DNA of 64,000 bases from Squalus acanthias (Eukaryota). The position numbers and the translations under genes are program-made. The notes beneath the pieces were generated by a model. That model did not search any database and had not been told where the DNA came from. It saw only the letters and a list, made by a program, of their open reading frames with translations. The stretch covers positions 112,966,001-113,030,000 of the forward strand of contig CM059431.1 of assembly GCA_030390025.1 (NCBI GenBank). The letters are read 5' to 3'. Shown in pieces: positions 63,409-64,000 of the stretch (position 1 is the first letter of the stretch; the number at the start of each line of letters is the position of its first letter).

Positions 63409-63478
63409 ATGTCAATATTTCAGAAATTAGCAAAGACATTCTCAGATGACAAATCCACTCCGACAAGTTCAAGTGCAG
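63409..63478 (+). CDS. Candidate first coding exon of an unidentified host gene (exon 63353-63478; MSIFQKLAKTFSDDKSTPTSSSA...)
   Basis: Polypyrimidine acceptor ctctctttgcttgtag; in-frame upstream stop; AAAATG start context; CAG|gtttgt donor. No homology recognised. Confidence 0.35.
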
Positions 63479-64000
63479 GTTTGTAATTTTTACATTTTTG
63501 CTGGGATTTATACCTTTATGAACTATAAAGTTCTATTCCCGGATTCAATTGTAAATATGAGAAGCTGAATATATTTTCACAATTGCCCTCTAATTAATGT
63601 CAGTCGGGATGTCATTGAATGATCAAGCAATGTCACAAAGCATCTAGAGAGTGATGGTACATAAGGAGGCACCATCTGATGGATAGTGTGAGCATTGATG
63701 CACCTGACAGTCTTTTGTCACCCTTCCCTTCATGTGTTCTTATTTATACCCTGGCCAGGGTTAGGTCAAGGGTAGAACTAACAAATATTGACTATATAAC
63801 AGTGAGGTATATCTTGAAGATAAATGAAATCAAAGTCACCTCATTTATTTTAGTTGGTCTATCTTCCGTGATACAATGTGCCAATGGGCAGAAGTTAACA
63901 GAATAAAATTCAACACAATGTGATCACAAAGAGGTTCCAATGATTAGATTTAGTGGAGTCACCACCCAAATACACCTTTCAGTACCTAGAACTTTCACAG

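Overview
Repeat-dominated vertebrate genomic DNA, most likely from a cartilaginous fish (inferred from HE1/V-SINE-like and DeuSINE/SacSINE1-like SINEs and shark-type CR1 LINEs). No host gene could be confidently identified; there are only a few candidate exons and a possible promoter near 62.6-63.5 kb. The window is a layered stack of transposons: CR1, L2 and RTE LINEs, several SINE families, many 3-bp-TSD Harbinger-type MITEs, one CR1 with an uninterrupted 982-aa ORF2, a Penelope-like (RT + GIY-YIG) element with inverted terminal arms, and a Harbinger element carrying a three-exon Myb/SANT gene but no recognisable transposase. The most notable signals are (i) minimal hammerhead ribozymes in the Penelope element and in tiny TSD-flanked, sometimes palindromic retro-inserts of two families, and (ii) a single-ORF LINE family whose 5' end is a tRNA-like Pol III head, found alongside short head+tail derivatives. 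All calls were made by eye from the sequence; boundaries without a stated TSD are approximate.
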